Both the position numbers and the translations under genes were made by a program. The notes under the pieces are model-generated. The model did not search any database. It saw only the letters and a program-made list of their open reading frames with translations, and was not told the DNA's origin. A DNA stretch of 64,000 bases from Paragordius varius (lineage: Eukaryota > Animalia > Nematomorpha): contig OZ176055.1 of assembly GCA_964247055.1 (NCBI GenBank), positions 3,596,001 to 3,660,000 of the forward strand, read 5' to 3'. Below, piece after piece: positions 41,624-54,400 of this stretch. Position 1 is the stretch's first letter, and each line of letters starts with the position of its first letter.

Positions 41624-44600
41624 ACCGCCGATAGCGCCTTTCGCAAACGGGTACTGCTTGATGATTTTAATTATTTTATACAGTGCACAGAGAATAGAGA
41701 TAATATAATATTGCAACAAGGAAATCCTCAACAACTCTTAAAATAATTAAAAACCTAGCGCATACAGGGTAAGTATAATGTAGACTCTTATAGTTTATGT
41801 ATGAAAAAGGTTAAGGATGAATATATTTTAACTCATCACAATTTACGAATCCATGATAAGCATAAATTTTGTGAAAAGCATTATGCTAATTTATTTTTTA
41901 TATAACTACATTTTTTTCTAATTACAAATATAAAAATTTGACGGTATTTACTTTGAGATGAAATTTAATTTTTAATTTTAGTGCGAGGCCAGTCATTATA
42001 TTCTTTAATTAAATATATTTTCTAGCTATATATTTATATTATCATATATATATTTCATATCTTAAACATAAATAATATATTGACACAATTCTGAAAAGAA
42101 AATGTATCAGTAATATTGTGATGCTTTTAGTTTTGGCCCTTACGACTGATTTAAGAAAGCAAATAACACATTTAGGGTTTCTCAATAAAATAGAATTATT
42201 TGTTGACATTATGTTGAAATAATTTTTTTGGCAAAAGCTAAATGCTTCATCTAAAAACTATCACTGAAATATATTATAAACTACATATAAAAAGTAAAAC
42301 AATTTTTTTATAATTATAATTTTTTGATGTGGGTTCCAAAGAACTCAAATTTTTTTCCCTTCTAAAATGAGTTATCCTGAAATAAACGCAAAAATGCCGA
42401 AAGTGTGCAATAAAAATTTTAAATACTATGCTTTATCCAAAAAAAGGATTTTTAAAATAGCATAAATTTAGTTAAAACTATAAATTGGACGTCTGTGGAA
42501 ACGGTATACAGGCGCTATAAAATATTATATACTTTTTCTTCAAATTTTAATGCTAAACTTTTTATCACCTTAGAGTTTTGATCAAATATTAGTTCCTGTC
42601 AAAATTACAAAAATCTATTCAAATTTAAAAGGAACCTAATTATATTTATGAGGTGATATGAATGTTCAGCATCATGGAATTAAACATAAAAAGTGTTTTT
42701 ATATCTTAAGCTTTTTATACCCCAACATGCCTCAAAATAGTATAATATGCCAACAAATTTACTAATTAATTGATAAATTTTGATTGTCATAATTAAGCAT
42801 ATATTTGAATAAATATTGCGCAAGCATTTTTGCGTTTTAAGAAAACATCCCCATTTTAGAAGGGGAAAAAATCGGAATTTCGGGTTTACATCTAAAAAAA
42901 TTTAATATAAAAACATTGTTTTGCGTTTTTAATGTAGTTTATGTTATATATATATATATATATATATAAGTAATGATTTTGGAAAGAAGCATTTAGCCTT
43001 CACCAAATTATTTAAAATAGGCGCAAATTTTGTGATCTTCTGATATGGAGGAGATATCACAAAAGTGAAAACAATTTTTATTTATCACTCGTAAACCCTA
43101 ATTAAAAGTAATATGATAATTCTGATACATGTTATATCAGAATTATAATTTTTACCGCACGATTTTCGCACCATTTTTATTTTTTGCAGCTGATTATATT
43201 TTAAATAACATATAGCTTACTGTAAATAAACCAGGGAAAACTGTTTTGGCTAATGTCCTACATTTTATGTGCATTTTAGAAAAAAACGCTTATATATTTT
43301 ACAGTAATCTTTAGAGGTCTCATAAGATACCGCACATCGATTAAAAATTAATAAAAAAATCTAAAAACTTAAAAGAATATATATTTCCAAAAGGCGAAAA
43401 TATTTAAAAAGAAATTTCCAATTTTCATTTTTATAGAAATTTTTAAATTATGAGCCTCAAAGGCTAACGAATTCAAATTTTTAAATTTGGTCCGATATCT
43501 TAAATAATTTTATAATAAATGAATTATTGGGGCACAAAACAACCCAAAATGTTTTTGTGTTATGGTATGTTATTAGGATATTTTTAAATAAAAAATTAAG
43601 CCTAATTTTTTTATTTCGAACAATTACCATATTCTTTCTTAAATGACTGGTAAGGCCTAATAAAAGTATCATGATTGTTCCACATTTATTAAATTATTTC
43701 ATCAGTATATTTACTGACTTCGTTTCTGTCATAATTAAATTGAATGTTGGTAATCTTTTTTTCCTAAAAAATAAATAAATTATTTATCTTCTAACAACAA
43801 AAGAAAACTCAATTATTGTATTTGTTTACACACTTTATTGTTAGCCAATTCACATAATTATTGACGAATTGGTAATACGATAGCGTATAATATAAAACAA
43901 ATTTTGTCCATAAAACTAACGTATATCTAATATGTTGTGTGAATTGCCGCGTGTATTACATAGGTCGCCATGAGTGTAATGTTTTGCAACTATATTTTTT
44001 AAAGTTATTCCTTTCTATGTGGATATTAAATATAGTGATGTTGTACTGAGAGACAAAAAGAATGAATACGATATGTTCACCAATGTTCGAGGTGTTATTA
44101 AAAAAATGATTAGCTGTGAATAAAAACACTCCGATAATGTGGCATAATCTGTATGAAAATGGATTTCAGTGTATTTGTTATTTGTGGACGCGAGGAAATA
44201 TCATAATAGTTTATAACACGAGGATCGTGTAAATTTTGTAAGAGGTAAAAAGATTGGATTATAAAAGAATGACAGATTTTACGATGGTAATAGATTTGTA
44301 AAATTCAACCAGTATATATTTAAATAAAACAATAATATGGGTAAGATATATTAAAATAAGATAAAAAGTCCATTCCGAATACATATAGAAAATTATAAGG
44401 TATGTTTAAGAGTGAACCAAAGTCCTGCTTCATATGGTATATCAAACGTAAAAATAGAAAATCTATAAGGACTTGAAAACATCGATATTGCAAGCAATAT
44501 CAAAACACAAAAACGTCGTAAAATAACGAAACAAGAATGGGGCTACTTTGGACACCTAATTAATGCGAGGAAATTATTGGAAAAGAATATAATGCTATGA

Positions 44601-44855
44601 AAAGTGATCCCAAGATTGGGAGATGTCGCAAATGTATTGGATGAACGAAATATTTTCCTTTACAAAAACTATCCTAAAAAGCCTAAATTAAAAATGACAG
44701 TTTTTTTAAAAATCGCTAATGGACTTTTGGCGCGAAAATGAATATCCCGCTTCAAAAGAAATAAAAAAGGCTTGCAACAAACAGTGTTTTACATTTTTGC
44801 ATTGAGACATTTAAAAGTCAATCAATTATTATGACAAAAAATATTGGCTATATAC

Positions 44856-46249
44856 CAGTGGTGACCAACCTTTTCCACCCGGGCTACTTTTTTGGGAGAA
44901 AATTTTACGCGGGCACGTAGGAATATTAAGTATAACTTTCATCACCTCAAATATATTTTCTAATTTACCGATTGGGGTGATTAGCACTGGCCATTTAAAA
45001 AATTTTATAAATACTCATTTAATCAAAATACCTAAATAATGTTGATTCAAAAGACCTATGGTTGCCATAACAGTATTACTACTTACATTATTCAAATAGA
45101 TTTTCGATAATTAACTGTACATCTTGGGACTGATTGGATTGAGTAAAAAGAAAAATTATGCTCTTGGCAAAGATCGTTATAATTTACTAGATTCTATGGA
45201 TTATGCATTACAGGTTATAAATAAATATGCTTCAAGATATTAAATACCATCAAATCAAAAAGAGTGTCGCGCCTCAATTTTGAGTTTAGTAAATGGAATC
45301 GGTGCTGGCATAGTGAACTAGATAAAGATGTAAGATGGTGTCGCGCTGCATAAGACAATTTATACAACTACAAAATTATCTCTTTTAGAAAAATTATTTA
45401 TATCCACAAGTGAAAGATCTAAAATCGCTTCCTGATATTTTTGATGTGATATCTCAGAAAAATGTACACTGCAAATCAATTATAAAACAATGATTTGAAG
45501 CATTTTGACGTGTGAAATTTTGCATTTAAAAATATGTAAAATTTCGGTATGATTCTGATTAAAATCATTACCTCTCCGCATAAATGTATTTCCAAACTTT
45601 TAATTTCATAATATTTTTTTGTCTTCTTAATTTTTAAAGAGCGCTTGAGAATCTTTAATTAACCCTTATTTCCAAATTTATTAGTCCTGAAAAGATTTGT
45701 TCTTTTTATAAGATCTCTGATTTTGTAAGTTGTTATGGAATTTTTTTGATTATAATGCAATATTTATGAGCTTCTAGTTGCTCTTTCAATAGCTTGATTT
45801 TCGTTTCGAGACTACCTGAATTGTCTTTGATACTTCATGTAAAGCGTAGTAATAGTTGTTTGATTGGCTGTAAAGCCACGGTGGTTGCATATCAAAAAGT
45901 TCATTTATCATTTATTAATTAAAAACAATCTTCTTCTCAATTTCTATAACGATATTTTATTTTTCTAGTTTAAATTATTACAAAAATATAAGTTTGAGGG
46001 ATCCGTGCTTTTGTTTTTTTGCTAAATTTATACTTATTGTAATCACAAATATATAAATGTTATATAAATTATCTTAATTAAATATAAATATTTTGTTATT
46101 AGTAAATTTTAAAACTAATTAAAAATAAATTGGGAAAAATAAATTATTTTGTGGAGTAACAAAAATCTATTTTAGTAATTTTCAGGCTGTCACGTTTTAA
46201 AATCTCGCGGTCACAAAGTCGACCGCGGTCGACTGTTTGGCAACCCCTG
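44856..46249. mobile_element. Non-autonomous hAT element (1394 bp) with perfect TSD
   Basis: Termini CAGTGGTGACCAAC and TTTGGCAACCCCTG; identical 8-bp TSD CTATATAC at 44848-44855 and 46250-46257; no intact ORF. Confidence 0.88.
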
Positions 46250-46577
46250 CTATATACTAATTATTATTTCGATATTAATAACATATAATGGATAAAAAAG
46301 GTGTTTATTTTAAAAATCGCAATAATATAAAACTAAAAAGTAAATATTAATTTCATATTAACGATTCTACGACACAGCTTAAGAATAATAAATATATAAA
46401 AATCGTATGGGTGCTTTTTATACCAATAATCCAATCAAATCTTAAATAAGTTATCCACCTCACTTTCAAAATAAACTGATGATTGAAGAACAACATTAGA
46501 AAAAAAGGAAATTTTGACTATTTCACTCTAAAAAATCATCCTGACATTAATTCAGTCATTAATAATAAATCAACCTT

Positions 46578-47130
46578 TTCTCAGTCGATAGAAACCGCTC
46601 TATCGACTGCTTCACAGTTTAAAAAAATAAACATAAAAAACAACAAGGTAACAATATAATATTCAATCCATTTGGTTTTTTTTACAACAAAAAAGATGAA
46701 CTTGACAATAATCTGGTCATAGAAGATAATTCATCAACCTCTCGGTAACCGCTCTATGGACTGCACATTTTAAAAAAATGAACATAAAAAAACCACATGT
46801 GGTAACATTATAAAAAAATTCAATCCATTTCGTTTATTTTATAATAAAAAGGAAGACCCTGCCAGTAATCCGGTTATAAAAGATAAGTCGTCCCCTTCCA
46901 AGTCGATAGAGACCGCTACTCTATCGACTGCTTCACAGTTTCAAAAAATTAATATCAAAACACAACATGGTAACAATATAAAAAAATTTAATCCATTTGC
47001 TTTTTTTTCACAATAAAAAGGATGAACCTGACAATAATTCAATCACAAAAGATATATCATTCAGTACTCAGCCGACAGAAACCGCCGCTACATCAACTGT
47101 TTCCCAGTTCAAACTAATAAATATTAAAAA
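46578..47130. repeat. About four diverged tandem units of roughly 160-170 bp
   Basis: Unit anchors near 46584, 46745, 46902 and 47071 (GTCGATAGAAACCGCTCTATCGACTGCTTCACAGTTT and variants). Confidence 0.8.
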
Positions 47131-48435
47131 ACAAAAAAACAAAATAAATACATCTACTTTTGACAATTTATTTTGTTAGGACTAAACGACCGATTTCGGA
47201 CAAAGAAATTATTTCATCTGTAGTGGGCTGTACGTAAATAATAATATTTAATGCATATGTTTAAAGGATAAGATAATTTGTTAGTAAAATCTTTTAATTT
47301 CTGGAAAAGCCAATTATGTATTGTATAATAATGGTATGTTTGGCACCTGCAATCTGAATTGAACGCGTTCTTCAATTATCAAAACTAAGGAAAAATCTTT
47401 TCTAAATTACCAGGTACTAAAGATCATATATATGAAAGATGAATAGTAAAAGAAAAATGCATGTGTTTCGGCCACCTTTGCAGCCAGACTAAACGCAACA
47501 GACTTTTTTAGTATAATAATTCGCTAAAATATGAACCCTAACATTCGATACCTAAAAGGTTTTCGTTATGCCAATAATCTACTGAGCCACAATATATTGC
47601 GTTAACTATTTCATGTGGCCCGATATTACCGTTGTACAAAGCCCTGAATGACAAAATAATCGGATCAATACGTGTATTAAAATGGCTCAAATAAATAATA
47701 CATTCTCAAATCAACAATATTAAAACGATGTGGGTTAAATTATACGTTTTATAACATTAAACCTTTAATTTTCTATTATAATAATTTATTTTTAAAGTAA
47801 AAATAAAATGATCGCGGGTACATTCGAAATGTAGATGGTATAGATAAAATCGATATCTAGAAACGATGAGAGTAATAAAATCAACCTATTTTTTAACTTT
47901 AAAAAGATATTTTCCCATTACTATTTATATGTAAGAATAAATTTTTAAGATTAATTATCGGATTCATCTAGATTACATGACTTTTAATATTGTTTGTAAA
48001 AAATATATTTTAAGGACCATTTATTTACTATATGCTATATAAATAAAATTAATTATATACATTATTATTTCGTATGTGTGACTTAATGATATACCACAGA
48101 ATGAATATTAGCTTGTAAATTGGTTACAAATCAAGAGTCCTTGTTTTATATTAGTGAGTAAAAATTTTGAAGGTAAATTGCTATTGAATCAACATAATAA
48201 TAATAATAATAATAATCTAAATTAGCAACTATTAAACCCTTAACAAAATTTTAGTTAATTAATAATAAGAATTATAATAAAAATGATATAAATATATATA
48301 AAATATTTTTTAATGCACATATATTATAAAGAGGACAGCCAGCAGCGAATATTATAAATGGGGATGGAAAACTTTATTATTACTTAAATCAGCAATTTTC
48401 ACTTTAATAGTAATATTGTGAAAAATATTATGCTT

Positions 48436-51400
48436 TTAATCGACTTCATAGATAGGTGGGCATGGTGACCAGTCCTGTTTTTCTTTATGTGTAAAATATT
48501 CTCCCTTATATAAATGAATAATGTTTCCAGTGATAGGGTCATGTTGTTTTTTAAACCAAGTTGGCTCATAACTTTGATGAGGTTCCCCTATAAAGTTTAT
48601 GGTTAAAAATACATTATGTTTGAAAAAAAAACAAAATAATTATAATAAATAAAATTAAGGGTTTAATAGATTTTGAACATATATTTATACCATTTAGTAC
48701 AGCTTGTTCGTATTCTTCTTCGCGTTTTCGGCGAGTTACTCGTTGTTTATCCTCCAAGAGCACCTTAATAGTATTAGGAAAAGTTTAATGTTATATGTCA
48801 GTGGTTATGAATTGAAAATAAAACGGTATTTAAATTATCGCAATAGGCCTACGATAAAATAAATCATGTGTAAACAAATAATAATTGACAAATTCATAAA
48901 AAACATATCCAGTTATTTTAAAAACCAATAAAGATTAAAAATTTTTTTAAATTTTTTCGTATTCAACCTTTATTTGATTAGCGAGTTCCCATTTTCCTTC
49001 CTCCAATAGCCTTTGATCTGGTCGTTTTCTGCTGTCTGTGGGGGCCACCTTAGGGTCCGGTTCATTCAATTGAATTGCGAATTCAGTAAAATTATATTTG
49101 GATTCATTTTGTACGCTAATAATATGGCGATTGAATATATGATCGATAATACTTTTCATATATATGTTTAACACATTGCGTTCGTATAATTATGGTAAGT
49201 TTGTTTATTATATGTGTACTTCTAATTAAAATATTCTATTATGCATAATTAAGATGAAAAAATCAAATAAAACTATATAAGCCGTTATTTTTAACTATAA
49301 TGATAATATAAACATAATAATATACCACTTTTTTCCTTTAACAAATATCATAAATTTTTTAGATATGACATGTAATTTAAACATAATTTAAATAATTAAA
49401 TTATTAAATACGTACGGTGGAGGCCTCATTTTCCATATCTCAAAGGGTGGTAAGCTTTCAAGTATCGTTTCCTTATTTTTATCATCACAGCGAACGACTT
49501 TACAGCAATCAATGGATGAATCCCACGTTCCAGACAAGGCCCATTTAGGTTGTCCATATTTATCGGTAACGATACCAGAAACCTAAATACAAAAACCAGT
49601 CCATATTCATTTTATAACAAATCTTGTTTAAGGTTAAATTGTATAATTTAAACTAAACCTATTTTTTGGTTAATAAAACAATTGTTTTTCAATATTATAA
49701 TTTGCAAATAAATTTAATTATGCCATAACAAGATAAAGATATGCATGTAACATATAAAATATAATGACTTATTTATAACAAAATATTAGATATATTGTCC
49801 ATATTTTTGAACAATTCAAAATATACACATATAAATATATATATATTGATTTCCAAACCTTTCTCGGGGATTCACGAGTAAAATAACTGTATGCATTGTA
49901 TTTGAGATGACAATTATCTTTGGTTAAATGATTCAGGATATCCATGTCACCAGTATGTTCTATCCACAATTTCCCAACAATTATATTATGAATGGTGGAC
50001 GTGACTTTACGCCATGTATAATGATTTCCACTTCTGAGTAATATATAATTTTGTAAGTAAATTAATTATCTATATTTGGAGTTACAAAGTATTATTTATT
50101 ATAATATTTTTAAAATAAATTAGTGTATAAGTAAAATGTTGAAAAAGAATTGAGATCCATAATCAATAAAATACTAATTTGAAAGGTTACTTTTGTGGTA
50201 AATTCATTTTATTATATATATATATATATATGCCTTGACCAAACGACCACCATACATATATAATGTATTGATGCAAAAAACCTTAAACAATACATATTAA
50301 TGTGAAATGGTCTAACTTATCAAAAATTTAAAGAACATATAAAGGAATATTTAATACTTACTTTTTGAATTTGAGATGAGCGATGCCAAGTGGAATAATG
50401 TTAAGGTATTTACCACGAAACTTGCTTGACATGGTAAATTCTTGCCAACAAACCCATTCAGCACTCTCGGTATAAAATGCAGCGGTCGGTGGATGATGAC
50501 TAACCTATATCATAAATAATTAGAAAAAAATGTAATTGCTTAATTAACCATAAAAACTATACATTACAAGTATCATAGTCAATTAAATAATGTAAAATAC
50601 AGGTAATTTTGAACAACGGCATATGTATATGTCCATAAATACAAATAAAACCACTTCATGCAGGCTTAGACCTCAAAATTATCCCATAAACTACTCCATA
50701 ATTATAGTTTTAAAAGGTCGTTTATACAACTAAATCATGTATGCAAAACTCACATACTTTTGCACCATATTTTTGCTTAAAGTTAACTAAAGCTCTTTCC
50801 TGAAAAAAACCTAAAGTAGAAACCTGTTCAGATATCATTATCCAACCCATATCAGAACTTCGATCACATTCGTACGTTTCACCCAACAAGGGATTAAATG
50901 GTTTACTTGTACGATTTATAGTCGTACTATAACTTGAGATGGTAAATGCCGCAACATAGCACATTTGTTCTTGGGAATCCTCGATCGCAGCTGCCCGGTC
51001 CAACAGAGCTGAGTATTCGAAATCTTCCGTTAAACGTTGGAGCATGGAAAGAGGTTCACTGAAATTTACCTGTGCGCATATAAAAAAAGGTAGTTTTATT
51101 TATTTTGAAAATATGTTTAAGTACATGCTTTAATATAATTTGTTCCATATCTTTTTTTTCCTTTTTTATAATAAAGGGTATGGAAATATTTTGTATCAGG
51201 ACTTGTTATAACTTTAAAGCTTTGCCTGTCCAGGACTAACATAATGATAAAAAAAACTGCGTTGTTTCGGGGTTCGAACTCTCGCACTCCATGCATTTAT
51301 TGTGAGAGTCCGATCCACAAGCTTTAGATAGTTGAGTATTTTTTTGATTCGTTTAAAAATTTTGATCAACCATATATAGCCTAAAGCATAATATATGCTG

Positions 51401-54400
51401 TGATTAAAATTTCAAACAACAAAATTCGTTTAAAATTTTAACAAATCCTTTTTGCGTTGGATTAAATGCATCTTTAATAATAATAATATGGATTGGAAAT
51501 AAATTAAAATCATTAGTTTGCATTTTGAGATTCAACGTTCTTCGTTGAAAATTAAGGCAAACAAAATAAAAAATTCTCATTAATGACCGCTGTAGCAAAA
51601 TGTTTTATAAGACATTATCCAACTAATAAGCGTAATTCATGGAAAAAAATCCTAAATACATTAAAGATAATAATTTAAATATATGTTACCGGCATAGGTA
51701 TTTTAGATAAATCTTTGCCAATACAATTCTTAATAATGTTCCAAAGGTTAAGACTCATGTTTGGCCGGTCAGGAATACTTTTTCTATGAGGAATCGAAGT
51801 TTTTCCACCCTTATTTTCGCGACTGAGTGTAAGTAAAACTGCAATAGCAGGATCAAACTTCAATACACCGCTATCTATAGCGGCTAAAAATTGATTAGTT
51901 TGTGCACCAGAAGAGGTTAAGGATAGCTTCCGTAGTTCTTTGGGGCTTTTTTGACGAGGTGTCCCATGATGTTGTGCACTGCCCTACATATGCGAGGAAA
52001 TATTTAACTATGCTATATAATATATTTTCTAAGTATGTAAGATGGATATACTCATAATGACCTCGTTTGTGGGGGGGGGGGGGGGGGGGGGTGGCATATT
52101 AATTCATTTATAATGAAGTATATAAAAAAACATTTTTTAACTTAATATTTATTCATTTATATGTTTACAATCTATACTATAAGTTGTATCTGTAGAAACC
52201 TTAGCGCTTAAATGTATTTTCCTTAAATAATATTTATTCCTACACATAGCATTTAACGGTTTCATCAAAACCACTAAGGCCATATTTTAAAATTAAAAAA
52301 ATACCTTATATCGGCTGTATTAGTTGGTTCTAATAAGGTAAAAAAGATGATTAAAAAATGGCTCTACTATGTATCACGCGTTACGTTTAGAATCAATAAA
52401 AAATTTTTAATATATGATTATTAAGAACCAGGATATGTGCACTAGTGTCGTTGAACACTTCAAGTTGGTCCTTCAACATTTTGAGTTGGTCCTTGACAAA
52501 TTGGTCCTTGAACACCTCAAATTGGTCGTTCATTTTTTTAAATTTGTCTAGAACTTTTATCAATCAAACAGTGTATCATTCCTCTATTTTATCATTTTAA
52601 CCGTAATTAAATTTAGGTTTTCTTGGTTATTATTTACATTTTTTCATATTTTAATTTTAATAATTTTATAAAAACAAAAAAGTGGCTTTTGAATAAAAAA
52701 TTTTATTATTAAATGAATAAATATAAAATAAAGAAAGAAAATTATATTAAAAAATAGTAAAATATAAAAAATACATGTAAAAAATTATGGTTACCAAATT
52801 TAAAAATTCTAAGGACCAACTTGAAGTGTTCAAGGACTAATTTTAAATGTGCAAGAACTAACTTCAAGTGTTCAAGAGCACTCATGAAGTGCAAATGGTA
52901 TATAATACTACATAAACATATATACTTTTCTTTCTCTAGGTGTAGAAGTAAGGGTAGTATTGGTAGTATCAACGTCAATAGGTTTAACAATAACTTTTGC
53001 ACGTTGTTCCGTATTAGGCATCATAGATTCGCCATAATAATCTGGACCGCTAATGCCACCGGTTTTCGTCATGATAGAATTTGATTCTTCTCTTAATGTG
53101 TTGTTTGTCCCATCATTAGAGTGTTGTTTTAGTTTTGGAGCATCTTGTCTATCTAGAGTGGATGATATACGTATTCCCCTTCCAGACTCGCTATCAGATT
53201 GTTGAGCGCCACCTCCTTCAGATAATTCATCCTCGTCTATAGCCATACGTTCCATACCCATACCAACACCCATGGGTTGAGAGCCGTCATAATTTTCGCC
53301 TTATATATATTTATATATATGACATAAAATTTTGATATTCAAAATTAAATGTATAAACTCTAAAAGCTATAATTCCTATTGCCGCTATCTACCGGTGGTG
53401 GTAGCTAAATCATCTTTACTGAACTAAAACAGCAGAGGCGAGTTTGGATGCTTTGCGTAAAAATATCAATCTTCTTTGAGATTTTTCTTCACAAGAAGGG
53501 CACATGGAAACTCAAAATTTGCCTTAACTTATTCGACCATGTATTCGAATAATTATGGCAAACTTTGATTTTAAAATCTACACACTGCCGCATTATCAAA
53601 AAAGAATTAGTATAACAATATTTAGTCACCCTTGATTTTTTCTATACATGCTACATGATTACAAAAGTAAAATATAAAATTGAGAGTGATGCCAATTTTT
53701 CTATTTCTTTCCTAACCCAAAAGGTTTTATATGATGGGAATTAAAAAATATGGTTTGTTTACAAAAGAATATTTAGTGTATTACATGTGGTTTTTTTATT
53801 AAAAAATATAAGAATAATATCAATACCTCAGGCCATTAATAAAATAAATGTTAAAAAGCATAAAATTATATTGGCTAAGTATAAATTTAATGACATTCGA
53901 AATAATTATTTACTATAAAAAAAATGATTGGTTAAAATTAAGAAAAAATTTATTTAATTAATTTATAATCCAAAGCTCTCACAAAAAAGCCATATTTCAA
54001 TGATAAATTTTTTAAATATTATCCTCCCGTCCTTAATATATATTTATACGTTATATTATCCACCTAAATATATCAACCATATATCAAAGAAATTAGTTTT
54101 ACAAAATAATATTAAAATATTTATAAATTATATAATCATAGTTCTTTAACTTTATATAATTTAATTTAGGATATGAGTAGGTATATATCTCTACTTTTTT
54201 ATTGCAAACATAGCCATATAGCATTCATAGTAAAGATTTGTTTAAAGTAGGTTGTGTTGCAATTGAAAAAAATAGAAAAAATATATAGCGTTTAAGCAAT
54301 AATAGGACTTTTTAGCAATGCGTTAATGCTAATCTGACAATTATTTTTTTAAAAAAATGCAAAGTTATTTCCTACTATTATTTCTATTGCAAAATATATT

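Noticed and set aside
46578-47130. Palindromic repeats resembling a CRISPR array
   Set aside because: Eukaryotic context, homologous rather than unique spacers, no cas genes.
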